Shown here: in pieces, positions 55,383 to 64,000 of the stretch | Layout of the letters: the number at the start of each line of letters is the position of its first letter | Numbering within the stretch: the first letter of the stretch is position 1 | Source of the DNA: Minisyncoccota bacterium | GTDB lineage: Bacteria > Patescibacteriota > Patescibacteriia > Patescibacteriales > UBA12465 | DNA: 64,000 nucleotides | Direction of reading: 5' to 3' | Assembly: GCA_021734405.1 (NCBI GenBank) | Contig: JAIPJA010000002.1 | Location: 1,145 to 65,144 of the forward strand | Position numbers and translations under genes: made by a program | The notes under the pieces: generated by a model | Seen by the model: the letters and a program-made list of their open reading frames with translations, nothing else | The model's database searches: none | Told to the model about the DNA's origin: nothing

Positions 55383-56462
55383 ATGAAAATAAAGACTGAT
55401 AAAATTTTATCATTTAAAAAGATGCTTTGGTCACTTGTAATTGTGGTGGCTACTATTATTTTATTTGGTTTAATTATTTTCTTTCTTAATTTAAATGCTA
55501 AAGACAAAGACTTGCAGAATTTAAAGATTAATTTACCCTTAAAAAATAACTTTACAGATCAACAAGCAGAAACCTGTGATAATTGCTTGCCTGATATTTT
55601 AACTGGTGAGCTAAAACCAGAGGCTTCAGGTTACCCCTTAGCTGTAATTGTAGATAACCATTTAGATGCTAGGCCAGCCTTAGGCTTATCTCAGGCTAAG
55701 TTAGTTTATGAAGTTCCAGTAGAGGGAGGTATTACTAGATACTTAGCAATTTTTTCTTCCGATCAGGAAATAGAAGCTATTGGTCCAGTTAGAAGTGCTA
55801 GACCTTATTTTATAGATTGGGTAGAGCCTTTATCAGCTTTATTTGTTCATTGTGGTGGTAGCCCTGAAGCCTTAGTTGATATTATTCAAAAAGATATTAT
55901 TGATTTAAATGAGTTCTATAATGCTGACTATTTTTGGCGTGACAGTTCTCGTCCAGCTCCTCATAATGTTATAACCAGCTCTGATAAATTAAGTGCGTAT
56001 TTAGAGAAAAATAATTTGTCTAAAGCTAGCCTTATTTCCTGGCAATTTAAAGCAGATATTAGTCCCAGTAAGCAAGCTAAGGAGGCTTTAGAGATAAATA
56101 TTGACTATATTGCTGATAGTCATGAAGTCTTGTGGCTTTATGATCAGAAAACAGGGAAATATATTAGAAATTTAGCTGGAGAGAAACATGAAGATGCTAG
56201 TGGTCAGATTATTAGCGCGAAAACTGTAATTATTAAAGAAGTAAACAGTGAGGTTGTAGATGAAAAATTAAGGCTAAAAATAGATAGCCAGGGAGAAGAT
56301 AAGGCTGTTATTTGTTTTTTAGGTAAATGTGAAGAGGGTAGCTGGAAACAAACTAGTGCTAGCGCTAGAGAAAGATATTATGTAAATGGAGAAGAGGTAG
56401 TCTTTTTACCAGGAAATTTCTGGATTGAAGTGGTTGATCAAGAGGTTAGTTATAGTTACTGA
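55383..56462 (+). CDS. DUF3048-domain (YerB-like) membrane-anchored protein
   Basis: The likely start is MKIKTDK at 55383; the track start at 55263 overlaps the rplY tail. Contains PLAVIVDNHLDARP...GGITRYLAIF. Confidence 0.65.
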   Translation: MKIKTDKILSFKKMLWSLVIVVATIILFGLIIFFLNLNAKDKDLQNLKINLPLKNNFTDQQAETCDNCLPDILTGELKPEASGYPLAVIVDNHLDARPALGLSQAKLVYEVPVEGGITRYLAIFSSDQEIEAIGPVRSARPYFIDWVEPLSALFVHCGGSPEALVDIIQKDIIDLNEFYNADYFWRDSSRPAPHNVITSSDKLSAYLEKNNLSKASLISWQFKADISPSKQAKEALEINIDYIADSHEVLWLYDQKTGKYIRNLAGEKHEDASGQIISAKTVIIKEVNSEVVDEKLRLKIDSQGEDKAVICFLGKCEEGSWKQTSASARERYYVNGEEVVFLPGNFWIEVVDQEVSYSY

Positions 56463-57324
56463 CAACCACTAAGCGATCTTTTTGGCTTAAGTCTTTAATT
56501 ATGGTGATTTCTGCTTTAGGCAGAATTTTTTTTATATAATCACTTAATTCTGGCTTTTGTTGAGGATTTATTTCCATTAAAACTTCTATTGATTTAGCTT
56601 TTAAGTCTTTAACTTCTTTGATTAACTTCTTATAGTAGTACAATCCTTTATCTTTAGCTATTAGAGCCTGTTTAGGCTCTTTTTTAATACTAGCTGAGCT
56701 TTGCCAAATACTTTCTTCTACATAAGGCAAATTAGCCATAATAGTAATACTTTCCTTTTTGGCTATATCCAAGTTAGATTCTATTACTGCTTTTAGTAAG
56801 TTAGCTGGTTTAAAAATTATTTTTTTATCTAAATTATATTTTTTAGCATTTTTTTTTGCTACTTTTAAAGCTTTAGCGGAGATATCAGTAGCTAGAAGCA
56901 GGGTGTCAGAGTCAAGGTTTTCAGCTTTCAGGTTTTTTATTAAGCTAATTATTAAACAACCTGAACCAGTGCCAATATCTATTATGGCTTTATTTTTAAA
57001 GTCTTGGTTTTTTAAATAATCTATAAATAATTCTGATTCGGGGCGGGGGATTAATACGTTTTTATTTACCAAAAATTCTAGATTATAGAAACCTTGTTGT
57101 TTGTTTAAATAAGCTAAAGGTACTCCTTTTAATCTTTTTTTTAACCAATAGCTAGTTTTTAAAACTTGAAAATAGTTTAAATTTTTCTCATAAGCAGTGA
57201 TAAGTTGGGCTGAGTTTAAGTCAAGAGTAGATTCTAAAAGTTTTTCAGCTTCAAAAACAGGCTGTGAAAAACCAGCCTGTTGAAATTTTTTACTTATTTC
57301 TTTTTTAAGCTGAAGAACTTTCAT
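56446..57324 (-). CDS. prmC: Release-factor glutamine methyltransferase
   Basis: SAM site IIDIGTGSG and the substrate motif NLPY (a variant of NPPY). Overlaps the prfA end. Confidence 0.8.
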   Translation of the reverse strand: MKVLQLKKEISKKFQQAGFSQPVFEAEKLLESTLDLNSAQLITAYEKNLNYFQVLKTSYWLKKRLKGVPLAYLNKQQGFYNLEFLVNKNVLIPRPESELFIDYLKNQDFKNKAIIDIGTGSGCLIISLIKNLKAENLDSDTLLLATDISAKALKVAKKNAKKYNLDKKIIFKPANLLKAVIESNLDIAKKESITIMANLPYVEESIWQSSASIKKEPKQALIAKDKGLYYYKKLIKEVKDLKAKSIEVLMEINPQQKPELSDYIKKILPKAEITIIKDLSQKDRLVVVSNYN

Positions 57325-58372
57325 GGCTTTGATTTAATTGTCTTTGCGCTTCTTTTAAAGCCTCAATTATTTCTTCTATATCTCCATCCATGACTTTAAC
57401 AATATTATGCCAAGACTCTTTAATGCGGTGATCAGTCACTCTGTCCTGGGGGAAATTATATGTCCTTATTTTATCACTTCTATCGCCTGATCCTATTTGT
57501 TCTTTTCTAGCACTGGAGTCTTGAGCTCTTTTTTCTTCTTCAGCTTTAGCTAAAAGTCTAGAGCGTAAAACTTGTAAAGCTTTTTCTTTGTTTTGGTGTT
57601 GAGATTTTTCATCTTGGCAACTAACTACTGTATTGGTAGGTAAATGAGTAATTCTAATGGCTGAATAAGTAGTATTTACGCTTTGACCACCTGGTCCAGA
57701 AGAGCAAAAAGTATCAATTCTAATATCAGCTGCTTTTATCTCCAAGTCAACCTCTTCAGCTTCAGGTAAGACTGCTACAGTAGCGGCGGAAGTGTGTATA
57801 CGTCCTTGTTTCTCAGTTTCTGGTATTCTTTGCACACGGTGAGTCCCAGCCTCATATTTAAAGTCTCCATAAACCTTATTTCCAGATACAGAAAAAATTA
57901 TTTCTTTGTAGCCACCTAAGCCAATTTGATTAGAGCTCAGTATTTCTATTTTCCAGCCTTTTCTTTCACAAAAACGATTGTACATTCTAAATAGATCAGC
58001 TGCAAATAGGGCTGATTCATCACCACCAGTGCCAGCTCTAATTTCTACAATAGCATTTTTTTTATCATGAGGATCAGTAGGGTTAAGTTCAGTAGAAATA
58101 TTTTTTTGTAGTTTTTCTATTTTTGGTTCTAAGTTTAAAATTTCTTCTTTAGCCATTTCAGCTAATTCTCCAGTCGGCTCATCATTTATTATTTTCTTAT
58201 TTTCCTCTATAGCTACCTTTATTTTTTCCAATTCCAAAATCATCTCATAGACTTCTTTAGTTTGAGAGTGTTCTTGAGAAATTTTTCTAAATTGCTTTTG
58301 ATCTTTAACTAAACTGGGGTCAGAAAGTTTCTTCTCTAATTCTTTAAATTTAGCCTTTAATTCTTTATACAT
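57305..58372 (-). CDS. prfA: Peptide chain release factor 1
   Basis: GGQ motif ([11 protein letters not shown]) and an RF1-type P-x-T region ([13 protein letters not shown]). Confidence 0.9.
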   Translation of the reverse strand: MYKELKAKFKELEKKLSDPSLVKDQKQFRKISQEHSQTKEVYEMILELEKIKVAIEENKKIINDEPTGELAEMAKEEILNLEPKIEKLQKNISTELNPTDPHDKKNAIVEIRAGTGGDESALFAADLFRMYNRFCERKGWKIEILSSNQIGLGGYKEIIFSVSGNKVYGDFKYEAGTHRVQRIPETEKQGRIHTSAATVAVLPEAEEVDLEIKAADIRIDTFCSSGPGGQSVNTTYSAIRITHLPTNTVVSCQDEKSQHQNKEKALQVLRSRLLAKAEEEKRAQDSSARKEQIGSGDRSDKIRTYNFPQDRVTDHRIKESWHNIVKVMDGDIEEIIEALKEAQRQLNQSHESSSA

Positions 58373-58451
58373 ATTGCTTTTAAATTGAAATAATGTTAAA
58401 CTATAATAGTATTTATTATTGGTGTTTGGTTTTTAATTTTAAACATGTTAT

Positions 58452-58482
58452 ACCGCCAGCGCAAAAGTTGGCGGTTTTTTCT
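58452..58482 (+). terminator. Plus-strand terminator-like hairpin inside the prfA upstream region, antisense to the prfA leader
   Basis: ACCGCCA / TGGCGGT stem followed by T6. There is no annotated plus-strand gene upstream. Confidence 0.4.
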
Positions 58483-58495
58483 TTTAATTTAACAA

Positions 58496-58562
58496 AAAAC
58501 AGTGATAAGCTATAATTATTGTAACAAAAATAGCACAATAATTACAGTCTATCACTGTTTTA
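58496..58562 (-). terminator. Long terminator hairpin of rpmE, overlapping its stop codon
   Basis: AACAGTGATA...TATCACTGTT outer stem with an inner TAATTATTGT/ACAATAATTA stem, then a T-run on the minus strand. Confidence 0.7.
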
Positions 58563-58841
58563 TTTTTTGTCTTCTGCTTTTTTAGCTGCTCTTTTAGCTC
58601 GTTTAACCTTTTTTCCTTGCCTAGCTTGGGCAACACTTTTTTTGTTATCCATTTTAGCTTGGAATTTTTCTACTCTCTTAGCAGTATCTACTAATTTTTG
58701 TTTGCCAGTGTAGAAAGGGTGACATTTAGAGCAAAGTTCAACTTTAATTTCCGGCTCAGTAGATCCGGTAGTAAAAGTGTTTCCGCAAGCACAGCTTACT
58801 TTAGCGTCTTTATAGTATTTTGGGTGAATATCTTTTTTCAT
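58560..58841 (-). CDS. rpmE: 50S ribosomal protein L31 (zinc-ribbon form)
   Basis: MKKDIHPKY, with Cys pairs CACGN and [10 protein letters not shown]. Confidence 0.9.
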   Translation of the reverse strand: MKKDIHPKYYKDAKVSCACGNTFTTGSTEPEIKVELCSKCHPFYTGKQKLVDTAKRVEKFQAKMDNKKSVAQARQGKKVKRAKRAAKKAEDKK

Positions 58842-58889
58842 AAGCTTTTTTAAAAATAAAAAGGCGAAAATATTCTCGCATTGATTTAA

Positions 58890-58898
58890 ATTATAGCA
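58890..58898 (-). promoter_or_regulatory. Extended -10 element TGCTATAAT (minus strand) for rpmE
   Basis: The reverse complement of 58890-58898 is TGCTATAAT. It is followed by the palindrome GCGAAAAT/ATTCTCGC (58864-58879) in the leader. Confidence 0.5.
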
Positions 58899-58951
58899 AA
58901 AGATTTAAAATAAAGCAAGAGTTTATGTTTTAAATTATGTTTTAAATTAGT

Positions 58952-58974
58952 CGGTCTTTATAGACCGGTTTTTT
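58952..58974 (+). terminator. Plus-strand terminator-like hairpin just upstream of the wzx-like promoter
   Basis: CGGTCT / AGACCG stem followed by T6. Confidence 0.45.
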
Positions 58975-58976
58975 AT

Positions 58977-58985
58977 TGCTATAAT
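58977..58985 (+). promoter_or_regulatory. Extended -10 element TGCTATAAT for the wzx-like gene. The ATG is 8 nt downstream, a leaderless geometry.
   Basis: TGCTATAAT 58977-58985, ATG at 58994. Confidence 0.5.
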
Positions 58986-58993
58986 AGCTTTAT

Positions 58994-60439
58994 ATGTCTA
59001 AGATACAAAACATTGCTAAAAACACATCTTACCTAACTTTGGCTTTAGTCGCCCAGAAGATTATTTCTTTTACTTATTTTACTATTTTAGCCAGAAATTT
59101 AGCCCCTGAAAGTTTGGGTAAATATTATTTAGCTATTTCTTTAACTACTATTTTTGCTATTTTTATAGACCTGGGACTAGTCAATGTTTTAACTAGAGAA
59201 GTGGCTAAAACCCCTGAAAGGACTAGCAAACTACTGGGTTCAGTTTTAGCTTTAAAAATTCCTTTATCAGCTTTAGCGCTTTTAGCCACTGTTGCCACAG
59301 TTTTTATTTTAGATTATGGACACTTAACTAGACAGTTAGTCTATATCTCTTCTATTTGCATGGTTTTAGATTCCTTTACTATGACCTTTTTTGGGGTTAG
59401 CAGAGGGCGACATAATTTATTTTATGAAAGCTTAGCTTCTATAGTTTTTCAGGTTATAGTTATGGTTTTTGGTTTATTAGCACTTTTTTCTGGTCTAGAC
59501 TTGCGTTATATCATGGGAGCTTTAGCTTTAGCTAGTATTTTTAATTTTCTTTATTCTTGGTTGGTTTTAAGGTTAAAGCTAAAAGTTAAAATTAAGTTGT
59601 TTTATGAAAAAACTTTTTTAAAGTACATGCTGGTTTTAGCTTGGCCTTTTGCTGCTTATGCAGTTTTGCAAAGAGTTTACACTTATTTAGATTCAGTGCT
59701 TTTGTCTTTATTTTCCGGGGAAACAGCTGTGGGTATTTATCAAATACCTTTTAAGATTATTTTTGCCTTACAATTTTTACCTCTAGCTTTTACAGCTTCG
59801 CTATATCCAGCTTTAAGCTACTATTGGCTTAAAGACCAAAAACAGCTAAGGGTTTCTTTTTCTAGAGCTATGAATTATTTAACTATTATTTCAGTTCCGA
59901 TTGTGTTTGGTACTATATTTTTAGCTAATAGGATTATTGGTTTATTTCAAAATAATTATTTAAGTGCAGTTTTGCCTTTACAGATAATTATAGTGGCTTT
60001 ATTTTTTATTTTTGTAAATTATCCTATAGGCGCGCTTTTAAATGCTTGTGATCGGCAAAAGCAAAATACTCGCAATATGTTAATAGTTACAATTTTTTCT
60101 ATAGTTTTAAACTTGATTCTTATTCCTAAATTCGGTGTCATTGGTGCCAGTTTAACTGTGGTCTTTACTAATTTTTTAATGTTTATCCTAGGTATTTATT
60201 GGGTTAAAAAAACTATTGTCTATCAAGGCAAAAACAATTTAATAGTTTTTTCTAAAGTGCTGTTATCTGGTTTGGTGATGGGCTTATTTTTAGAGTTTTT
60301 CAAGCCTTATATTAACATTTTAATTCTTATGGTCTTGGCTTCTTTAGTTTATTTTGCCTTACTTTATTTGTTGAAAGGTTTTAGAAAAGCTGATATTTTA
60401 AGTATATACAAGGCTTTTGCCAAGAAAAAAGCTTTTTAA
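58994..60439 (+). CDS. MOP-superfamily polysaccharide flippase (Wzx-like)
   Basis: 481 aa with about 14 TM helices and the typical Wzx/polysaccharide-biosynthesis-protein layout. Confidence 0.75.
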   Translation: MSKIQNIAKNTSYLTLALVAQKIISFTYFTILARNLAPESLGKYYLAISLTTIFAIFIDLGLVNVLTREVAKTPERTSKLLGSVLALKIPLSALALLATVATVFILDYGHLTRQLVYISSICMVLDSFTMTFFGVSRGRHNLFYESLASIVFQVIVMVFGLLALFSGLDLRYIMGALALASIFNFLYSWLVLRLKLKVKIKLFYEKTFLKYMLVLAWPFAAYAVLQRVYTYLDSVLLSLFSGETAVGIYQIPFKIIFALQFLPLAFTASLYPALSYYWLKDQKQLRVSFSRAMNYLTIISVPIVFGTIFLANRIIGLFQNNYLSAVLPLQIIIVALFFIFVNYPIGALLNACDRQKQNTRNMLIVTIFSIVLNLILIPKFGVIGASLTVVFTNFLMFILGIYWVKKTIVYQGKNNLIVFSKVLLSGLVMGLFLEFFKPYINILILMVLASLVYFALLYLLKGFRKADILSIYKAFAKKKAF

Positions 60440-60448
60440 TTATTTTTC

Positions 60449-61564
60449 ATGAAAGTATTACTTATAACAATTGATTATTTGCCTAGTTTAGGCGGGGTGG
60501 CTACTTACTACGCTAAATTAAAAAAGCATTGGCCTAGTAGTGAGTCTTTAGATGTTTTAGATAATAGCCATAGAGAGTTAAGCGCGGAGACTGGTTTTTT
60601 GCCTTGGTTAAAAGCTTTTAGCTCAGTTTATAAAGCCACAAAGAAAGAAAACTATGATTACTTGCTAGCTGGGCAAATTCTGCCTATAGGCACAGTTTGT
60701 TGGCTTTTAAGTTATATACTTAAAAAACCTTATGCTGTAGTTATCCATGGTATGGATTTTAAATTTGCTCTTTTAAAAACTAGAAAGAAGTGGTTAGCTA
60801 AAAGAATTTTAAACAAAGCTGATAAGGTTATTTGTGGAAATATTTATACGGCTGATTTAGTAAAAGATTTTTTATTACAATCTTCTAAGGAAAATAAAAA
60901 AAATAAAATTATAAATAAAGTAAAGGTTGTTAATCCTGGTATTGAACCAGAAGAAGCTTTAAGATATTTAGGTAATAAACAAGCTATAGACAATTTAAAA
61001 ACACAATACGATCTAGTTGATAAGACCGTTCTTTTTAGTTTAGGCAGACTAGTGGCCAGAAAAGGTTTTGATAAGGTTTTACAGGCTTTAAGCAAAGAAA
61101 AAGTAGATTTTAAAGATTTAGTTTATGTAATTGCTGGTCAAGGAGAGGATAAAGATCGTTTAGAGAATATAGCTAAAGAAGTTAAATTACCAGTAATTTT
61201 TCTAGAAAATTTATCCAATTTAGATAAATGGCTTTGGCTTAATTTATGTGATATATTTATAATGCCAGCCAGAGAAATTAAGGGTGATTTTGAAGGTTTT
61301 GGTATTGTTTACTTAGAAGCTAATTTAGCTTCAAAGCCAGTTATAGCTGGTAATTCAGGGGGAGTAAAAGATGCAGTTGTAGATGGAGTAAATGGTTTAA
61401 TGGTTGATCCAGAAAATATTGAGGCTATAGCTAGAGCTATAGTAAAACTTCAAAATGATAATCACTTAAGATTAGAGCTAGGAAAACAAGGTAAAAAAAG
61501 AGCTGAAGAAAAATTTAATTGGCAACACCAAGCTAAGCTATTTTTGGATTATTTAAAAGAATAG
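60449..61564 (+). CDS. Family 4 (GT-B) glycosyltransferase
   Basis: EGFGIVYLEANLASKPVIA (E-x7-E region), 371 aa. Confidence 0.8.
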   Translation: MKVLLITIDYLPSLGGVATYYAKLKKHWPSSESLDVLDNSHRELSAETGFLPWLKAFSSVYKATKKENYDYLLAGQILPIGTVCWLLSYILKKPYAVVIHGMDFKFALLKTRKKWLAKRILNKADKVICGNIYTADLVKDFLLQSSKENKKNKIINKVKVVNPGIEPEEALRYLGNKQAIDNLKTQYDLVDKTVLFSLGRLVARKGFDKVLQALSKEKVDFKDLVYVIAGQGEDKDRLENIAKEVKLPVIFLENLSNLDKWLWLNLCDIFIMPAREIKGDFEGFGIVYLEANLASKPVIAGNSGGVKDAVVDGVNGLMVDPENIEAIARAIVKLQNDNHLRLELGKQGKKRAEEKFNWQHQAKLFLDYLKE

Positions 61565-61639
61565 TTTTTTGCTTTACTTGTGTTATTAATGTTTGTTTAT
61601 AAAAAAATTTATTTTCATAAATTAAATTAATTAGAAACT

Positions 61640-62341
61640 ATGATTTCAGTAATTATACCGGTCTATAATCAGGCTAAAGAGCTGAAAGAAACTTTGAAAA
61701 GCTTAATTAAACAAAGTTACCAAGATTTAGAGATTATTATCGTAAACGATGGCTCCAGTGATGGAGTAGAAAAAGTTTTTCAAGATTTTATCTCTCAACA
61801 AGAAACTTCCTTAAGTTTTTACTTTTTAAATAATAATAAGAACTTAGGTGCCCCAGCTACTAGAAATAAAGGCTGGAGCAAGTCTTCAGGCAATTATTTA
61901 TTTTTTTGTGACGCTGACGCTGTTTTAAAGCCAGAAGCTTTAGAAGTTATGCTTAATGCTCTTAACACAAATTCTCAAGCTAGCTATGTTTATTCTTCTT
62001 TTAAATGGGGTAGAAAATTATTTAAAGTGGGAGAATTTAAGGCTGAGAAACTAAAAACAGAACCCTATATTCATACTATGAGTCTTATTAAAAGGGAAGA
62101 TTTCCCGGAAAAGGGCTGGGATGAAAAGATTAAGAAGTTTCAAGATTGGGATTTGTTTTTAACTATGTTAGAGCAGGGAAAAACCGGTGTTTGGGTGGAC
62201 AAGGTGCTTTTTACAGTGAAGCCAGGAGGCACTATGAGTTATTGGTTGCCTAGTTTTGCCTACAAACTACTGCCTTTTTTGCCAGCAGTTAAGAAATATA
62301 AACAAGCTAAGCAGGTTATAAAAAATAAACATTCTTTGTAA
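61640..62341 (+). CDS. Family 2 glycosyltransferase
   Basis: VIIPVYNQ, VNDGSSDG and the DxD-type CDADA. Confidence 0.8.
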   Translation: MISVIIPVYNQAKELKETLKSLIKQSYQDLEIIIVNDGSSDGVEKVFQDFISQQETSLSFYFLNNNKNLGAPATRNKGWSKSSGNYLFFCDADAVLKPEALEVMLNALNTNSQASYVYSSFKWGRKLFKVGEFKAEKLKTEPYIHTMSLIKREDFPEKGWDEKIKKFQDWDLFLTMLEQGKTGVWVDKVLFTVKPGGTMSYWLPSFAYKLLPFLPAVKKYKQAKQVIKNKHSL

Positions 62342-63880
62342 ATGGAAACAGTTATTAAACAAATTATAAATAAAAAGATTGGGATAATTTTTGCTCTTAT
62401 TTTGACAGCGGAAGTTTTATCTTTTTTAGCCTATATTTACCCTAGCCTAAGTGCATACTTCTTTTTATTGGTTATAGTTTTAGCTACTTATTTAGGTATT
62501 AAGAATTTAAAGTACCTTTTCTTTTTCTCTTTAGCTGAACTCATTATTGGTTCTCAGGGTCGGCTTTTCTTTTTAGATTTACCTTTTTTTAGTCTGTCTT
62601 TACGCATGGCGCTATGGGCTTTAATGTTAATTTTTTTCTTTTTTTATTTACTTAAAAATTTAAATAGGAAAAAAGTAAAAGAAGAAAATCAAGTAGGGAT
62701 AAGCTTAAAGAATAAACCTTTTTATGAGTTTAGATATTTGTCAGTTTTTCTACTTTTAATGTTTTTTATCTTTTTGGGCGCTTTAATAGGTGTTTTATCT
62801 GGTCATGATTTAGGTGTTTGGTTGGCAGATTTTAATGCCTGGTTATTTTTAGCCTGGCTGTTTCCCGTAGTGTATATTTTTAGGAAAAACCCAGGCGAAA
62901 AAATCCTTTATGAGACTTTAACGGTTTTTATAGCTGCTTGTCTGTGGCTAGTTTTTAAAAGCTTATTCTTTTTGTTTATTTTTTCTCATGACTTTTTTAG
63001 TTTAATGGGGCCACTGTATCGTTGGAGTCGAGTTAATTATTTAGGTGAAATTACTGCTTTGCAAGCTGGGTTTTATAGGATATTTTTTCAGTCTCATCTT
63101 TATTCTTTAATAGCGGTAATTTTATCTTGGGTAGCTTTAGAAAAGTTTAAAAAACTAGAATTTAAACAAAGCAAATATATATATTTGTTTTTAGTTTTAA
63201 ATTTATCAGCTGTGCTTCTATCTTTATCTAGAAGTTTGTGGATGGGCTTAGCTTTTTTTCTGTTATTTTATTTTCTCTTTAAATTAAGGTCCTGGAAGTT
63301 TAAGCAAACTCTTAAACGTTTTATGGTGTTATTATCTCTATTTTTAATGGCTTTTTTAGTTATAGCTTTTGTGGCTAAAGTGCCGGTTTTAGGGCAAAGT
63401 GGAGAATTTTCCGCTAAAGATATTTTAAAAGAAAGATCCTCTACTGAAGCTGATGCTGGGGCAATTTCTTCTCGTTGGTCACTGTTATCTCCTTTGAGTA
63501 AAAAAATATTAAAAGCGCCTGTCTTTGGCCAAGGTTTTGGCCAGGAAATTACCTATATCAGTCAAGACCCTAGAGTTTTAGAAAGCAATCCTTCAGGCAC
63601 TTACACTACTTATGCTTTTGAATGGGCTTGGTTAGATGTTTGGTTAAAAATTGGATTTTTAGGTCTTTTAGCTTATTTCTGGCTTCTTTATCGTTTAATA
63701 GCTGATAGCTTTAAAACTAGAGCTTTTCAACCCCTAGTTAAAGCTTTGGGTTGGTCGCTTATGGCTATAGCTATAGTTAATATCTTTACCCCATACTATA
63801 ACCACCCTTTAGGCTTGGGTTTTTTAGTGGTTTCAGCTGTTATTATCACTAGGTCAAAAAATATAATTTATGAAAGATAA
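62342..63880 (+). CDS. O-antigen polymerase/ligase-like polytopic membrane protein
   Basis: 512 aa with about 12 TM helices and a Wzy_C-like periplasmic loop (APVFGQGFGQ). Confidence 0.65.
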   Translation: METVIKQIINKKIGIIFALILTAEVLSFLAYIYPSLSAYFFLLVIVLATYLGIKNLKYLFFFSLAELIIGSQGRLFFLDLPFFSLSLRMALWALMLIFFFFYLLKNLNRKKVKEENQVGISLKNKPFYEFRYLSVFLLLMFFIFLGALIGVLSGHDLGVWLADFNAWLFLAWLFPVVYIFRKNPGEKILYETLTVFIAACLWLVFKSLFFLFIFSHDFFSLMGPLYRWSRVNYLGEITALQAGFYRIFFQSHLYSLIAVILSWVALEKFKKLEFKQSKYIYLFLVLNLSAVLLSLSRSLWMGLAFFLLFYFLFKLRSWKFKQTLKRFMVLLSLFLMAFLVIAFVAKVPVLGQSGEFSAKDILKERSSTEADAGAISSRWSLLSPLSKKILKAPVFGQGFGQEITYISQDPRVLESNPSGTYTTYAFEWAWLDVWLKIGFLGLLAYFWLLYRLIADSFKTRAFQPLVKALGWSLMAIAIVNIFTPYYNHPLGLGFLVVSAVIITRSKNIIYER

Positions 63881-63890
63881 GAGTAAAAGC

Positions 63891-64000
63891 ATGAAAGATG
63901 GTAATAAAAAAGGAATAATTTTAAAAATAACTGTATTTTTAGCTGGAGCTATAGTGATGATTTTTGAGTTGATAGGTTCAAGGGTGGTGGCTCCATATGT
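63891..64000 (+). CDS. 5' end of a membrane protein, truncated by the window end
   Basis: MKDGNKKGIILKITVFLAGAIVMIFELIGSRVVAPY... resembles the N-terminal TM region of spermidine-synthase-like fusion proteins. Only 36 codons are visible. Confidence 0.35.
   Translation, partial: MKDGNKKGIILKITVFLAGAIVMIFELIGSRVVAPY

Noticed and set aside
58925-58948. Tandem 12-bp repeat, considered as a possible CRISPR or minisatellite.
   Set aside because: There are only two directly abutting copies and no spacers. I treat it as a local duplication or mini-ORF pair instead.

Overview
Strongly AT-rich, gene-dense bacterial chromosome segment, mostly plus-strand. The gene content has a small-genome, uncultivated-lineage (CPR/Patescibacteria-like) flavour; that placement is inference only. 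Recognisable content: a minus-strand copper operon (csoR, HMA-permease-cupredoxin fusion, copA) with a CsoR-type operator; a Fic protein; two ABC-2 exporter pairs; murI, rarA, an orphan OmpR-type response regulator, hisS, cysS, dus and a short tsaB-like gene. A truncated dcw cluster (mraZ-rsmH-ftsL-ftsI-murF) runs directly into rfbD/rfbA, a GT2 and an O-antigen-ligase-like gene. Further genes are an M23 peptidase, dnaE, a T-box-controlled thrS, a class I (DhnA-type) aldolase, an ftsW/rodA-like SEDS gene, rplY, prmC-prfA, rpmE and a second glycan cluster (wzx-like, GT4, GT2, Wzy-like). I saw no rRNA, tRNA, CRISPR array, transposase or integrase. Two loci stand out. (1) 39.3-42.9 kb, between the M23 peptidase and dnaE, holds four same-strand envelope-modification-type genes separated by structured boundary repeats: 13-bp inverted arms in a half/full/half-site pattern, two attC-like R/L-box sites about 100 bp long, and a hairpin with a conserved 13-nt loop. 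Two unrelated genes there share the same leader and first 19 codons. This looks like an integron-like cassette array with no recombinase in the window. (2) 50.95-51.55 kb holds a roughly 420-nt GC-rich, heavily base-paired non-coding island that I could not assign to any RNA family. It directly abuts an orphan 57-codon fragment of the RNA polymerase beta' gene (rpoC). Smaller items include an in-frame TGA splitting an MFS transporter, leaderless promoter geometries and a signal-dense rpmE/wzx intergenic region.
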